Notes under the pieces: generated by a model | Databases searched by the model: none | What the model was told of the DNA's origin: nothing | What the model saw: only the letters and a program-made list of their open reading frames with translations | Shown: positions 38,712 through 47,465 of the stretch, one piece after another | Layout: each line of letters opens with the position of its first letter | Numbering within the stretch: position 1 is the stretch's first letter | Virus record (IMG/VR): IMGVR_UViG_3300033141_002949 | Location: 1,354 to 65,353 of that record | Source: a virus | Taxonomy: Duplodnaviria; Caudoviricetes | Length of the DNA stretch: 64,000 bases | Direction: 5' to 3' (one strand) | Translations under genes and position numbers: made by a program

Positions 38712-40087
38712 GAATACCACCGTTGCAGGTAGTCTGTCAGCATAGGATCGCGTTGCGCCCACTCAGGTATTTGTGTTTGCTTTTGCTTTTGAGGCGTCGG
38801 CTGCTCCTCGGTCTGTTTGAATTCCCCCAAATCCTTCAGGTGCAGGCCGTAGCGCATGGCGTCGGCGGCGTTGTCGGATTCCTTGCGTGGGCGCTTGGTG
38901 TTTTCATCTATAACATACGCCTTTATTTCCTGTATGGCAAACTCGCACCTCGGGTGGAAGCGGACGTGCGCCACGCCGTCCCCGTCGCGTATCCAGCTGG
39001 CGGTGTGCTTGATGCCCTCCTCCACGTTATGTGAAGCAGCCACGGTGTCTATGCCCGCGTCCCACAGGCGGCGGCGGAACTCTGCCGCCGAGGAGTCCAC
39101 GTAGGCCACGGAGGGGGTGATGTCCGGCGCGTGGGTGGTGAGCTGTTGCAAGGCGTTGACTATGGAGACCTCCGCGACCTCGTACTCCGCTACGTACTCG
39201 TCAAAAACGTTTACAAAAGGTGGGACTTCCTGGGCGAACAGGATCACCCGTGGGTGGCCACGGGTGTAGCCGTCGTCCACCCACCACTCCACAGGGAGAC
39301 CGGGGATGTACTCCGCGTCCTCGGTGACGTTGCTGTTTGGGTCGTCCGGGTCAGTGATGAAGTCCTCCCAGACCGCGCCCTCCATCGTAATGAACTCCCC
39401 GTGCAGCTCCTGTTGCGCGTAGCGCCCCGAGTACATGCCCTTCAGCATGAGGTAGTGCAGATCGTCCAGGTTCTCGCGGTTGTCGTCCGTGGAGCCGTGG
39501 AAGCGCTCCACGATGGGGCCTTCGTAGCCCGATTCTCGTAAGATCTTCAGGGTTCTATCATCGAAGATGCCCTTCACGAACACGTCGTACAGCCAGTGGT
39601 TTATGCCTGCGGGAGTGGTAGTGATCCACAGCTGGGGCTGGGGACCGATGCGGATACGGGCGGCCAGCACGTCGAAGGCCCGGCGGGTTCGCTTGCGGGC
39701 CAGCTCGTCGCCCCAGGCCCAGTTGATGTTCAAACCCGCCCAGGAGGACTCGTCCTCGATGCCTCCGTAATAGACGGTGACGACCTTGCGGTTGACTTCA
39801 AAAGTAAGGACTTTTTTCTGGGTATAGGGATGGTCCAGATGGGCGTTCGTGCAGTAGGACCACGGACACCACTTGGCGAACTCCGGCCAGGTGGACTTGG
39901 CCAGTTGTGGAAAGTCCGGGGCGACGATGGCCCCGTCTTGTCCACGGGCGATCTTGGTAACGGCCTTCACCGCGCCAGCAGCCGTCTTTCCGCTCCCTGT
40001 GCCGCCTATGAAGGCCGCGTACCGGGCACGGGAGAGGAGGAAGTCCCGCTGTTGCGCACTATTTGGTATGAAGGTCAGCTTCGCCAT
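38708..40087 (-). CDS. terL: terminase large subunit
   Basis: GGTGSGKT Walker A, WGDE Walker B, TTTP, DDGY, DNAADAMRY. Confidence 0.92.
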   Translation of the reverse strand: MAKLTFIPNSAQQRDFLLSRARYAAFIGGTGSGKTAAGAVKAVTKIARGQDGAIVAPDFPQLAKSTWPEFAKWCPWSYCTNAHLDHPYTQKKVLTFEVNRKVVTVYYGGIEDESSWAGLNINWAWGDELARKRTRRAFDVLAARIRIGPQPQLWITTTPAGINHWLYDVFVKGIFDDRTLKILRESGYEGPIVERFHGSTDDNRENLDDLHYLMLKGMYSGRYAQQELHGEFITMEGAVWEDFITDPDDPNSNVTEDAEYIPGLPVEWWVDDGYTRGHPRVILFAQEVPPFVNVFDEYVAEYEVAEVSIVNALQQLTTHAPDITPSVAYVDSSAAEFRRRLWDAGIDTVAASHNVEEGIKHTASWIRDGDGVAHVRFHPRCEFAIQEIKAYVIDENTKRPRKESDNAADAMRYGLHLKDLGEFKQTEEQPTPQKQKQTQIPEWAQRDPMLTDYLQRWYS

Positions 40088-40589
40088 CGTCGTCTACGAT
40101 CTCGGTGAGGATTTCGATCAGCTCAAGTTGGTCGGATTGGTCGGATTGGTCGGATTGAGCGGGTAGAGCGGGCTGGCTGGGTTGAGCGGGTAGGGCGGGT
40201 TGGCTGGATTGAGCGGGCTGGGCGGGGAGGGCGGGCGTGATGTAAACGACTAGCTGATCCGTGTCCAGGCGGTGACCCACATCAATGTCCAGGCGGTCGG
40301 AGTAGACGCCCAGGGCTTGTAGGGCGAGCTTGATGGCCGAGACTTGGCCGGTTTCGGCTTTCCTGGCCAGGGCGCGCATGATCTGGGGCAGGCGTTTGCC
40401 GATCTCGGCGCGCGCGCGGATGAACGCACCATCCCAGAAGCCGGGAAGGTGCTCCCAGGCGTACAGTTGGGCCTTCGTCACCCCGAACTTGGCGCAGAAC
40501 TCGTCGTGAGTCTTGAGTTTTGGCGGACGGTCGTCTGGGTGCGTGGCCAACCAGAACTGGTATTTCTGCTGGACGACTGTTAGGGCCAT
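40059..40589 (-). CDS. terS: terminase small subunit (HTH) with low-complexity repeat tail
   Basis: Upstream of TerL; HTH-like FCAKFGVTKAQLYAW; GQVSAIKL; PALPAQ/SDQ repeats. Confidence 0.7.
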   Translation of the reverse strand: MALTVVQQKYQFWLATHPDDRPPKLKTHDEFCAKFGVTKAQLYAWEHLPGFWDGAFIRARAEIGKRLPQIMRALARKAETGQVSAIKLALQALGVYSDRLDIDVGHRLDTDQLVVYITPALPAQPAQSSQPALPAQPSQPALPAQSDQSDQSDQLELIEILTEIVDDDGEADLHTK

Positions 40590-40595
40590 GAGGCT

Positions 40596-40624
40596 AGAAT
40601 AGCACACATGGTGGTTACTGTCAA
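40596..40624 (-). promoter_or_regulatory. sigma70-type promoter of the late operon, probably leaderless
   Basis: TTGACA-17 bp-TATTCT with extended TG; ATG 6 nt after the -10. Confidence 0.75.
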
Positions 40625-40630
40625 GTGCGG

Positions 40631-40705
40631 AAATTTGTAGGGGTAAGTGTCTATAAAATTTTGTAGGGGTAAGTGTCTATAAAATTTTGTAGGGGTAAGT
40701 ATCTA
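40631..40705. repeat. three tandem 26-bp repeats
   Basis: AAAATTTTGTAGGGGTAAGTGTCTAT at 40655, with variant copies at 40631 and 40681. Confidence 0.9.
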
Positions 40706-40986
40706 GCGACGTGGGGGGAGATAAGAATCTCTCTCCGCTTGACATAACGTCACCTAACAGACTCGAAAGCGCCGCGCGCACGCCAAAAAACTGGCAAGCA
40801 ATACAAACGTTATGTCTAGTAAGGCTGTGGTACACTGTGAGCGCCCATAGGGGCCGCGACGAACGCGACGCGACGCACACACATGCGCGCGCGTGCACGC
40901 GCGCGCGCAAGCGTCGCTTGAGATATATAGTCACTCGCTCGCGCGCATACGCGCGCGCGGGCACACGCACACACGGAGGTTATGTC

Positions 40987-41208
40987 ATGTCCACAGACCG
41001 CAACCACACCGACGCGCGCGCCCGCGCGCGCGAGTACGCGCGCGCGGTGGCATGCGCGCGCGACATGTTACGCGACGCACGCGCGTATGGAACGCGCGCG
41101 CACGTCGTGGAATGCGTGCGAGCGCTTGCGCGCGCGGAGCGCGCGCACATGCTCGCATTGCAGGAACTCGAAAGGCTCTTGGACGACGGGAGGGAGCGTG
41201 CATGCTAG
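40987..41208 (+). CDS. Ala/Arg-rich hypothetical protein
   Basis: GGAGGT RBS; encoded by CGCG-rich DNA. Confidence 0.5.
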   Translation: MSTDRNHTDARARAREYARAVACARDMLRDARAYGTRAHVVECVRALARAERAHMLALQELERLLDDGRERAC

Positions 41209-41290
41209 TGTAGTCGCTATAACGCTGGTTACATTCGTAGTCGTGTACGTGTGTACACGACGATCGCGCTATCGCACAGAGGAGGGCACA

Positions 41291-41977
41291 ATGACGACTC
41301 AAGTGACTATCTCGGCTGATCAGATTGCGCGGCGCCATGATTTTTTGCGCGGCGCGCAAACGTCTATATCGCGCGCCGTGCGTGTGTTAGGCGACGAGTT
41401 GGATATGGCCTTCACGACGCTGATCGAGAGCGACGCGCGCATCTTAGCGCGCGCGGATAGTGACGCGCGGGCGGCACAAGCGCCCGCGCCAAAGTCCGCG
41501 CCCGAGCCAAAGTCCGCGCCCGAGCCAAAGTCCGCGCCCGAGCCAAAGTCCGCGCCCGAGCCAAAGTCCGCGCCCGCCGCCGCCGACGACACGGCGGCGG
41601 ACGTATGTCCGTGCGGTTCGAACCGCGCGGATTGGCCAACGGCCGCGCAATATTGTCCCTATTGCGGCCGGCCGCGTGACGCGCAAATACCGCCGGAAAG
41701 GACCGCCGCGCAAAACTGGAAGGCCACATGGGAGAGCAATGGAACCTTGAGCCTACACGTCGACATGTCGCGCGGTAAAACGCGCGTAACAGACGCCTTC
41801 GGCGGGCCGGCCCGCCGAGGGAGCGCTTTCCTGGCCACTACGGGCCGCCGAACGCAAACCAAGCGTGGTAAAACCTACTACGCTGAAGTATCCGTGCCGG
41901 CGGAGTTGCGAAGCACGGTTGGCGTCGGAACGGTCAAGGTCCGGCTGCAGGTGATCGCACCGGACTTGCTGGACTAG
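41291..41977 (+). CDS. hypothetical protein with KSAPEP repeats and Zn ribbon
   Basis: AGGAGG RBS; CPCG..YCPYCG; followed by a terminator. Confidence 0.7.
   Translation: MTTQVTISADQIARRHDFLRGAQTSISRAVRVLGDELDMAFTTLIESDARILARADSDARAAQAPAPKSAPEPKSAPEPKSAPEPKSAPEPKSAPAAADDTAADVCPCGSNRADWPTAAQYCPYCGRPRDAQIPPERTAAQNWKATWESNGTLSLHVDMSRGKTRVTDAFGGPARRGSAFLATTGRRTQTKRGKTYYAEVSVPAELRSTVGVGTVKVRLQVIAPDLLD
41480..41576 (+). repeat. five tandem 18-bp repeats
   Basis: CCAAAGTCCGCGCCCGAG units at 41489, 41507, 41525, 41543 and 41561. Confidence 0.95.
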
Positions 41978-41995
41978 TCCAGACCGACCAACCAA

Positions 41996-42034
41996 GACGC
42001 GCGACGTGTGACGGCACACGTCGCGCGTCGTTTT
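41996..42034 (+). terminator. intrinsic terminator
   Basis: 15-bp stem GACGCGCGACGTGTG/CACACGTCGCGCGTC followed by GTTTT. Confidence 0.7.
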
Positions 42035-42192
42035 AGAGTATATTGTAAACGGTTACAACGTAATCGTTTCCATACTGTAGGACCAAGTGGACAAAGTGGA
42101 TCCACTTGGTCCTTGCCCCATAGTATAATAGCACGCGACGCGCGAGGCAAAAAATAATATGCGCGTCACGTGCTATAGAAAAAATGCAGCGC

Positions 42193-42257
42193 GCACAGAA
42201 ACGCGCATAAAACTATATAATCGCAAAGATTGTGTAGTTTTATGCGCGTTTCTGTGC
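42193..42257. repeat. 23-bp perfect inverted repeat
   Basis: GCACAGAAACGCGCATAAAACTA / TAGTTTTATGCGCGTTTCTGTGC. Confidence 0.9.
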
Positions 42258-42284
42258 CGAACCAATGCGCGAAAGGAGTACAGT

Positions 42285-42578
42285 ATGTTGGTGCGGTTAG
42301 AGTTAGACGGAAAGTTATCGCAACCAATGGAGGAGCACCAAGCAAAGGTGCTCCTCCAGCGCGTCGCGGATAAGCGACGCGCCAATAGAATAAAAATCGT
42401 GCGCTATGTCCCGGCCGCACAGAGGCCGGGACATAGCACAAACAACGCCCATTGCCAGTATGCGGGTTGGTCTTTTGGACCAACCCGCGAGGAAGCGCGG
42501 AGCAAGTGCGATGCTCTGCGCCAGAAGTATAAGAAGGCCACGATGTGCCCAACGCTCCGAGCACTGGGCACAACGTGA
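42285..42578 (+). CDS. hypothetical protein
   Basis: AAGGAG RBS. Confidence 0.6.
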   Translation: MLVRLELDGKLSQPMEEHQAKVLLQRVADKRRANRIKIVRYVPAAQRPGHSTNNAHCQYAGWSFGPTREEARSKCDALRQKYKKATMCPTLRALGTT

Positions 42579-42656
42579 CTCACCCCTCCGTGTGCGGGGG
42601 TGGGGGGTCTTTGTGAAAGACCCCCCACCCCATTATATTCTACAGAGGAGGACGAC

Positions 42657-43157
42657 GTGGTCATCGAGGAGATAATGGAGTGCAGGGGTGCAACTTCCGT
42701 CTCGTGCCCCTTCGACTGGTACGAGACGGAGGAGGTCGCCCGCTCTGGGTACCTGCGGGTATCCGACAACTGGGAGGTCATATATATGACATCCCGAGGA
42801 GGCCACCTGGTGCGGGTCTGGGCGGGACCCGCAGGAGACCGGTCTTGGTGGCCATCGAACTGGCGACGCCGTCACCCAGCGGAGACGTTGGACCACATGC
42901 GCCAGCGCATTCGTCGGCGTAAGGAAGCGGCCCGCCGTCGTCTCCAGCGGGAGAGAGAGCAAGACGAAGCTCTCCGGCGGGCCGCTGCTGAGCGAGACCG
43001 CCAAGAAGCCGAAGCCGCCAAGTGGCGGCTCACGCACTGCGAGTGTGGGGCCGAGATTCCGCCCGGGCAGCGGTTCTGCACGAAGTGCGCCGAAGCACAT
43101 AGGCTGGCAGTGCGCCAGATGATGGCGCGCTACCTGCGCAAAGTACGGGAGGCATAA
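42657..43157 (+). CDS. hypothetical protein with C-terminal Zn ribbon
   Basis: AGGAGG RBS and GTG start; CECG...FCTKC. Confidence 0.6.
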   Translation: MVIEEIMECRGATSVSCPFDWYETEEVARSGYLRVSDNWEVIYMTSRGGHLVRVWAGPAGDRSWWPSNWRRRHPAETLDHMRQRIRRRKEAARRRLQREREQDEALRRAAAERDRQEAEAAKWRLTHCECGAEIPPGQRFCTKCAEAHRLAVRQMMARYLRKVREA

Positions 43158-43158
43158 C

Positions 43159-43434
43159 ATGGACAACGTTATCGTTTCGCGCCACGTTGGCGCAGTCGAG
43201 TGGCTGCGCCAGCGTGGAATCACGGGGCGGGTGATCGAACACGCTACCGCCGAGGATGTTCGGGGCCGTGTCGTTTACGGCACGCTGCCCCTCCACCTGG
43301 CGGCGGAAGCCGCCCGGGTGGTCGCAATCGACCTGCCCCGATTGCGACCAGAGCAGCGAGGCAAAGACCTAAGCCCCGCCGAAATGGACGCGGCGGGAGC
43401 GCGACTGATAGCATATAAGGTCTTGCTATTGTAG
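43159..43434 (+). CDS. csx16: Csx16-like protein (putative cyclic oligoadenylate ring nuclease)
   Basis: SRHVGAVEWL, GTLPLHLAA, RGKDLS..EM..AGARL match the Csx16 (Cas_VVA1548) signature. Confidence 0.8.
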   Translation: MDNVIVSRHVGAVEWLRQRGITGRVIEHATAEDVRGRVVYGTLPLHLAAEAARVVAIDLPRLRPEQRGKDLSPAEMDAAGARLIAYKVLLL

Positions 43435-43441
43435 CGGAGAG

Positions 43442-43477
43442 AGAGGTTAGACGGATATCCGTCTAACCTCTTTTTTT
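43442..43477 (+). terminator. intrinsic terminator
   Basis: AGAGGTTAGACGGA-TA-TCCGTCTAACCTCT followed by a T-run. Confidence 0.85.
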
Positions 43478-43550
43478 CTCGGGGCCTATCGGCATTGCGC
43501 GAAAAATCTGCGAGGAGATTATTGCGCAAAAAACGCACGAGGAGGTTACA

Positions 43551-43823
43551 ATGGCACAAAAACACTATCACGTTCTGGTAGGTATGCCTGGATACATGCC
43601 AGAGACGAACGAGGTATACCAAACGCTGCGCGATGCGCGTGACGCTGCGCAATGGCACGCGGACACTTACCGCGACGATTGGGACCCGGGCTATAAGGTC
43701 ACGGGGAACAAACGCGACGGCTACGAGATCATGCCGCGCGATGCGTCAATCTATACGCTCCCTACGACGATCACTATCGTAGAATGCTATGAGCCAGAAT
43801 GCCTGGAGCACAGGGAGGACTAG
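43551..43823 (+). CDS. hypothetical early protein
   Basis: AGGAGGT RBS. Confidence 0.7.
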   Translation: MAQKHYHVLVGMPGYMPETNEVYQTLRDARDAAQWHADTYRDDWDPGYKVTGNKRDGYEIMPRDASIYTLPTTITIVECYEPECLEHRED

Positions 43824-43824
43824 C

Positions 43825-44067
43825 ATGTTGAAAGATGGCGAAGTGCGTTACTTGAACAACTCTGGGACCCGCTGGATTCTGAAAGGAGCCAAAGCGCGTC
43901 TTATCGTAGCGCGTGACAAGTACGACAAAATCCGCCGTGTGAAGTATTTCGAACAGTTTGGGAACTTTGCAGTGTTGGCCTTCGATTATCGCGGTCGGGT
44001 GGTCAAAGGTTTGCCCGACCCGTTCCGCGACGTTGTGGGCAACGTTGTTGTGCGTATCGAACCATGA
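43825..44067 (+). CDS. hypothetical early protein
   Basis: GGAGG RBS. Confidence 0.6.
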   Translation: MLKDGEVRYLNNSGTRWILKGAKARLIVARDKYDKIRRVKYFEQFGNFAVLAFDYRGRVVKGLPDPFRDVVGNVVVRIEP

Positions 44068-44269
44068 AAGTCGACACGCGGCCCACAACCGGTTTGCCCG
44101 CCGCGTTGGAGTCTATAGAGAACGCCACGCGCGTTCTCTATAGGCTCATCGACGCGCTACACTTAGAGGTTCAAGCAAAGCCACGGCGACAACTGCCGCC
44201 GCGCGGTCCGTTGACGGTCTCCATGTGGCCGCAGCCTGCGGCGTCGCACGTCCGTGACGCACTGGAGGA

Positions 44270-44521
44270 ATGACCATGGTTATACCAAATGCAGAAACGA
44301 CGCTACGAGAACTTGAAGACATGCTCTGGGGCGACTGGCGAGAGACACAGGACAACCCAGGGCAGCATGGCACGCGCAATCTACGCATCGACATGACGGA
44401 CGTTGGCAATATCCGAGTCTGGTTCAAGACCGCTTGCGGCTGCTTTCTCAGCGGTAGTGGCACAAACCTGCACGAGGCAATCGCTATGCTCTTGGACGCA
44501 TACCATCGGCACATAAACTAG
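44270..44521 (+). CDS. hypothetical early protein
   Basis: GGAGG RBS; ATGA overlap. Confidence 0.55.
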   Translation: MTMVIPNAETTLRELEDMLWGDWRETQDNPGQHGTRNLRIDMTDVGNIRVWFKTACGCFLSGSGTNLHEAIAMLLDAYHRHIN

Positions 44522-44560
44522 AAAACGCCGATCAGACAATAAACCGAGAGGAAGGTTGCA

Positions 44561-45166
44561 ATGGGCAAAAGTTACACGTACCACGTCGTAGGGTACGCCG
44601 CGCGAGCCGACGACCCCACGGACCTACACTATCTATTCCCGGCTATGAACCGAGGCGAGATTAGCCAGCAGAGAAACAGAGCCAAGCGCCAAGGTCTTAG
44701 GATGATGTTCTGGAGAGCACAGACGGAGACCGGCGAACGCCTTCTCGGGGGCGACTACGCGCCCGACTCGCAGGTTCAGGGGACTAAAGTCGTAAGCTGC
44801 CCCATCTGCAAAGGCCGTGGCTGTGTCATCTGCGAGCACTCGGGCGTATGCCCACCAAATCACTGGGAGCGGTGGCAGCCGTGGCAGTTGGAAGCGTTCA
44901 GGCAAGCTGCTTTGGGCTATCAAAAGGAGGTAAACATGTGTCTCGCTGAACGGCTGGACGGAGCGCGCTTGGTGCGCTGGGACCCGATTTCTAACCTCAT
45001 ACTTGTCTGGTTCGGTGGGCACGGGGTCCACGCCTTCACGGTGGGCGGCAAGGAGGTCGCCTACTGGAATACTGGCGACGCTGCCCAAATCAACGCCGCT
45101 GTAGAGGACATCGAGGCCAGTATGGAGGAGAGGATAGACCAGCAGGATTATCCTCTCTACAGCTAG
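44561..45166 (+). CDS. hypothetical protein; probable in-frame fusion with a second start at 44936
   Basis: CPICKGRGCVIC; internal AAGGAGGT-ATG. Confidence 0.6.
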   Translation: MGKSYTYHVVGYAARADDPTDLHYLFPAMNRGEISQQRNRAKRQGLRMMFWRAQTETGERLLGGDYAPDSQVQGTKVVSCPICKGRGCVICEHSGVCPPNHWERWQPWQLEAFRQAALGYQKEVNMCLAERLDGARLVRWDPISNLILVWFGGHGVHAFTVGGKEVAYWNTGDAAQINAAVEDIEASMEERIDQQDYPLYS

Positions 45167-45339
45167 CGCTCTACCAAAAGAGCGCAAAGCAGTTTTTAGC
45201 CTTGCGTCTAGGAAACCGCGATCAATGCGAGTCGAAAAATCTCTCCATTGGTTGCGGTTTTCTAGGCGCTCCCGCAAGTCTTTCCCTCTTTTTTCTCTGC
45301 TGTCTCTTGCTGTCCTATGCACTCTTTTCCAGTCTTTTG

Positions 45340-45790
45340 GACTTCCCAAAGAACTTTCCGCTTTCACAGAAAGTTCTGCCGCTTTCACACAATATGCCTC
45401 TCTGCGCTTGCCATATTATCATACACTCAAAAGCAAAAAACAGAAAACTATCTATATCTTTTCTACACTTTTGGCAGATAAACCTGCTTTTCTACACTTT
45501 GTGAAATGACCCCCCTTCTATAAGAACTTTATATATATATATATATATAAGCGGATAATGACTTTCCGCTTCTCTCTTAAAAACTTCTTCTTTTCTGCCC
45601 CTACCCCCCTCCGCGCCAGGGTGTAGAAAAGCGAGTTTATCTGCCAAAAGTGTAGAAAACCTCGCGGTCTTTTCCGGTTGACTCCAGTATATGCCATGAT
45701 AAACTGGCAGCAAAATGCATCTAAATTTTCATTTGCTGCCACTTTCACAAAAAGTTCTTCCAGTTTCACAACTGTTTTTTCCACTTCCCT
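45340..45790. other. AT-rich non-coding region, candidate replication origin
   Basis: 39-bp inverted repeat (45459-45497 / 45621-45659) flanking a (TA)n run; further CTTTCACA.AAAGTTCT direct repeats. Confidence 0.55.
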
Positions 45791-45883
45791 CTGTGCCCGT
45801 TTTCACAGGCCCCTGCCAGTTTATCTCCTGCAAATGCGCACTGCATTTGCAGGATACGCTGCATGACACGAAAGGACGGAAGC

Positions 45884-46258
45884 ATGTGCATGTTATCAGA
45901 AGCCTGGCGCCGTGGGGTGCATGTGCAGATGGGCGTCTGTCCGTTTTGCTTGGCCGCCCCGCCGCACGAGACCCACGAAGTATCTGTCTCTCAGGAGCAC
46001 AATCTCGTCACCATTAGAAACACGTGTCACAATGGACATGTCTGGCAGTCGTTGTATACTTTGATCGACGCGCTGCCCGACGCGGAACCCATCGCCACGG
46101 TGCATGTGAGCACGGCGTACATGCTAGCCGACGATAACAACCTTGAGGAGCCGGGGTCCATCGCCCGCCAGATGCTCCCCTCTGTGCCCGAGGACGCCGT
46201 AGAGTACTTGACACCCATGAGCGACGGTTTTTTGGTAACGTTCTACGAACGAGAATGA
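45884..46258 (+). CDS. hypothetical protein
   Basis: AAGGA RBS; CPFC...CHNGH. Confidence 0.55.
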   Translation: MCMLSEAWRRGVHVQMGVCPFCLAAPPHETHEVSVSQEHNLVTIRNTCHNGHVWQSLYTLIDALPDAEPIATVHVSTAYMLADDNNLEEPGSIARQMLPSVPEDAVEYLTPMSDGFLVTFYERE

Positions 46259-46557
46259 GTATCTTCTTGCGTGTGCTTGTGCTATCTATCTCTCTACGGT
46301 ACGGACTAGACCCTGCGTATAGTGCCTGCATCGTAGAGCACGAATCCTCATGGCGCGCTGACGCGGTGGGGCGCGCTGGTGAAATCGGCTTGACACAGAT
46401 CATGCCCTCCACGGGCGAATGGTTCGCAGAGATGGCCGGCATAGAGTGGTGCGAGGATTCCCTGTACGACCCGGAGTACAACCTGGAGTTGTTCGCTTGG
46501 GCCGTGACAAACGGGTACGCCGAACATTGGTCGACGCATTCATTGTGTAAACCGTAA
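46255..46557 (+). CDS. small lytic transglycosylase (SLT domain)
   Basis: HESSW...GEIGLTQIMPST...LYDPEYN. Confidence 0.8.
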   Translation: MSIFLRVLVLSISLRYGLDPAYSACIVEHESSWRADAVGRAGEIGLTQIMPSTGEWFAEMAGIEWCEDSLYDPEYNLELFAWAVTNGYAEHWSTHSLCKP

Positions 46558-46572
46558 ACAGAGGAGGTCAGC

Positions 46573-46887
46573 ATGGGGACTTTGGATTTCACAACGCGCA
46601 ACGTGCGGTGGTACGGCGAGCCTATAACGGTGCGCCTGCTGCCGTTCGGAACGCGCTACAAAGTCATCGAAACCAACTCTAGTTGGTGCAAGCGCCTAGA
46701 GGCCTACTACGCAGAGCGCCTCGATTTCTGGCGTAACTACCCACATCCTTGTGACGTCCAAGAACAAGCACATCGGGACATTCTCCGGGAGTTCTTCTTC
46801 GTACCCTTACCAAAGTCCCGACGCCTTGCCGGGCCTTGGTGCACCGGGCACATACGTGACGAGGACTCCGTGGTGTGGACAATCTGA
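46573..46887 (+). CDS. hypothetical protein
   Basis: AGGAGGT RBS. Confidence 0.65.
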   Translation: MGTLDFTTRNVRWYGEPITVRLLPFGTRYKVIETNSSWCKRLEAYYAERLDFWRNYPHPCDVQEQAHRDILREFFFVPLPKSRRLAGPWCTGHIRDEDSVVWTI

Positions 46888-46908
46888 GCCAGAGAAAGGA
46901 GGACCACA

Positions 46909-47145
46909 ATGAGGGGCATACGATTCTATCGAGAACCTAACGGGAACTGTATAGCAATCGACACTGAGACCCCGCTTCTGGGAGACGTCGCATGGGGAGC
47001 AGCAGGGCTGTACGACCGCCCCAACTCCCCTGTGGCGTCGACTGGCGTGTCGCGCGCATACTTGCGCGACGAGTGTAAGCGGATATCTGAGAAGCGGGCG
47101 CGCGAGTTGCACCCCAAACTGTTCGAGTATCTGGAGGTGGAATGA
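46909..47145 (+). CDS. hypothetical protein
   Basis: AAGGAGG RBS. Confidence 0.65.
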   Translation: MRGIRFYREPNGNCIAIDTETPLLGDVAWGAAGLYDRPNSPVASTGVSRAYLRDECKRISEKRARELHPKLFEYLEVE

Positions 47146-47147
47146 CA

Positions 47148-47441
47148 ATGGGGGCGAATACATTCTACACACGCTCTAGAGGCGGAACGCCGGAGGAGGC
47201 GTTCCGCCGCGCCGTGGACATGGCTCGCTACAGGTTCGGTCATGACGGCTACACTGGCTCTATAGCCGAGAAGGAAAGTTTCGTCATGGTAGAGGTCCCC
47301 AGAGGGGCGGAGCCAGAGGAACACGCCTACACGCTCCTCATGGCGCGCGGTGTGGACAAGTGGGGACCGGCAGGGTGCATCGTTCTTGAGCCAGAGAAAG
47401 GAGAAAAGGAGTATCTGTTTTTCGGTTGGGCGCCGTCGTGA
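47148..47441 (+). CDS. hypothetical phage protein
   Basis: MGA..F...GHDGYTGSIAEK...KWGPAGCI...YLFFGWA pattern. Confidence 0.7.
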   Translation: MGANTFYTRSRGGTPEEAFRRAVDMARYRFGHDGYTGSIAEKESFVMVEVPRGAEPEEHAYTLLMARGVDKWGPAGCIVLEPEKGEKEYLFFGWAPS

Positions 47442-47465
47442 AACTGAATGGTTAGGGAGGAAAAC

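Noticed and set aside
40631-40705. CRISPR mini-array
   Set aside because: Repeats are directly tandem with no spacers
45459-45659. Cas12a-repeat mimic (TTTCTAC...GCAGAT)
   Set aside because: The stem is mismatched (GCAGA rather than GTAGA), the copies are inverted and the context fits a DNA binding site better
45202-45784. Short ORFs in the AT-rich region
   Set aside because: Low-complexity translations without RBSs that overlap the repeat structure; likely non-coding
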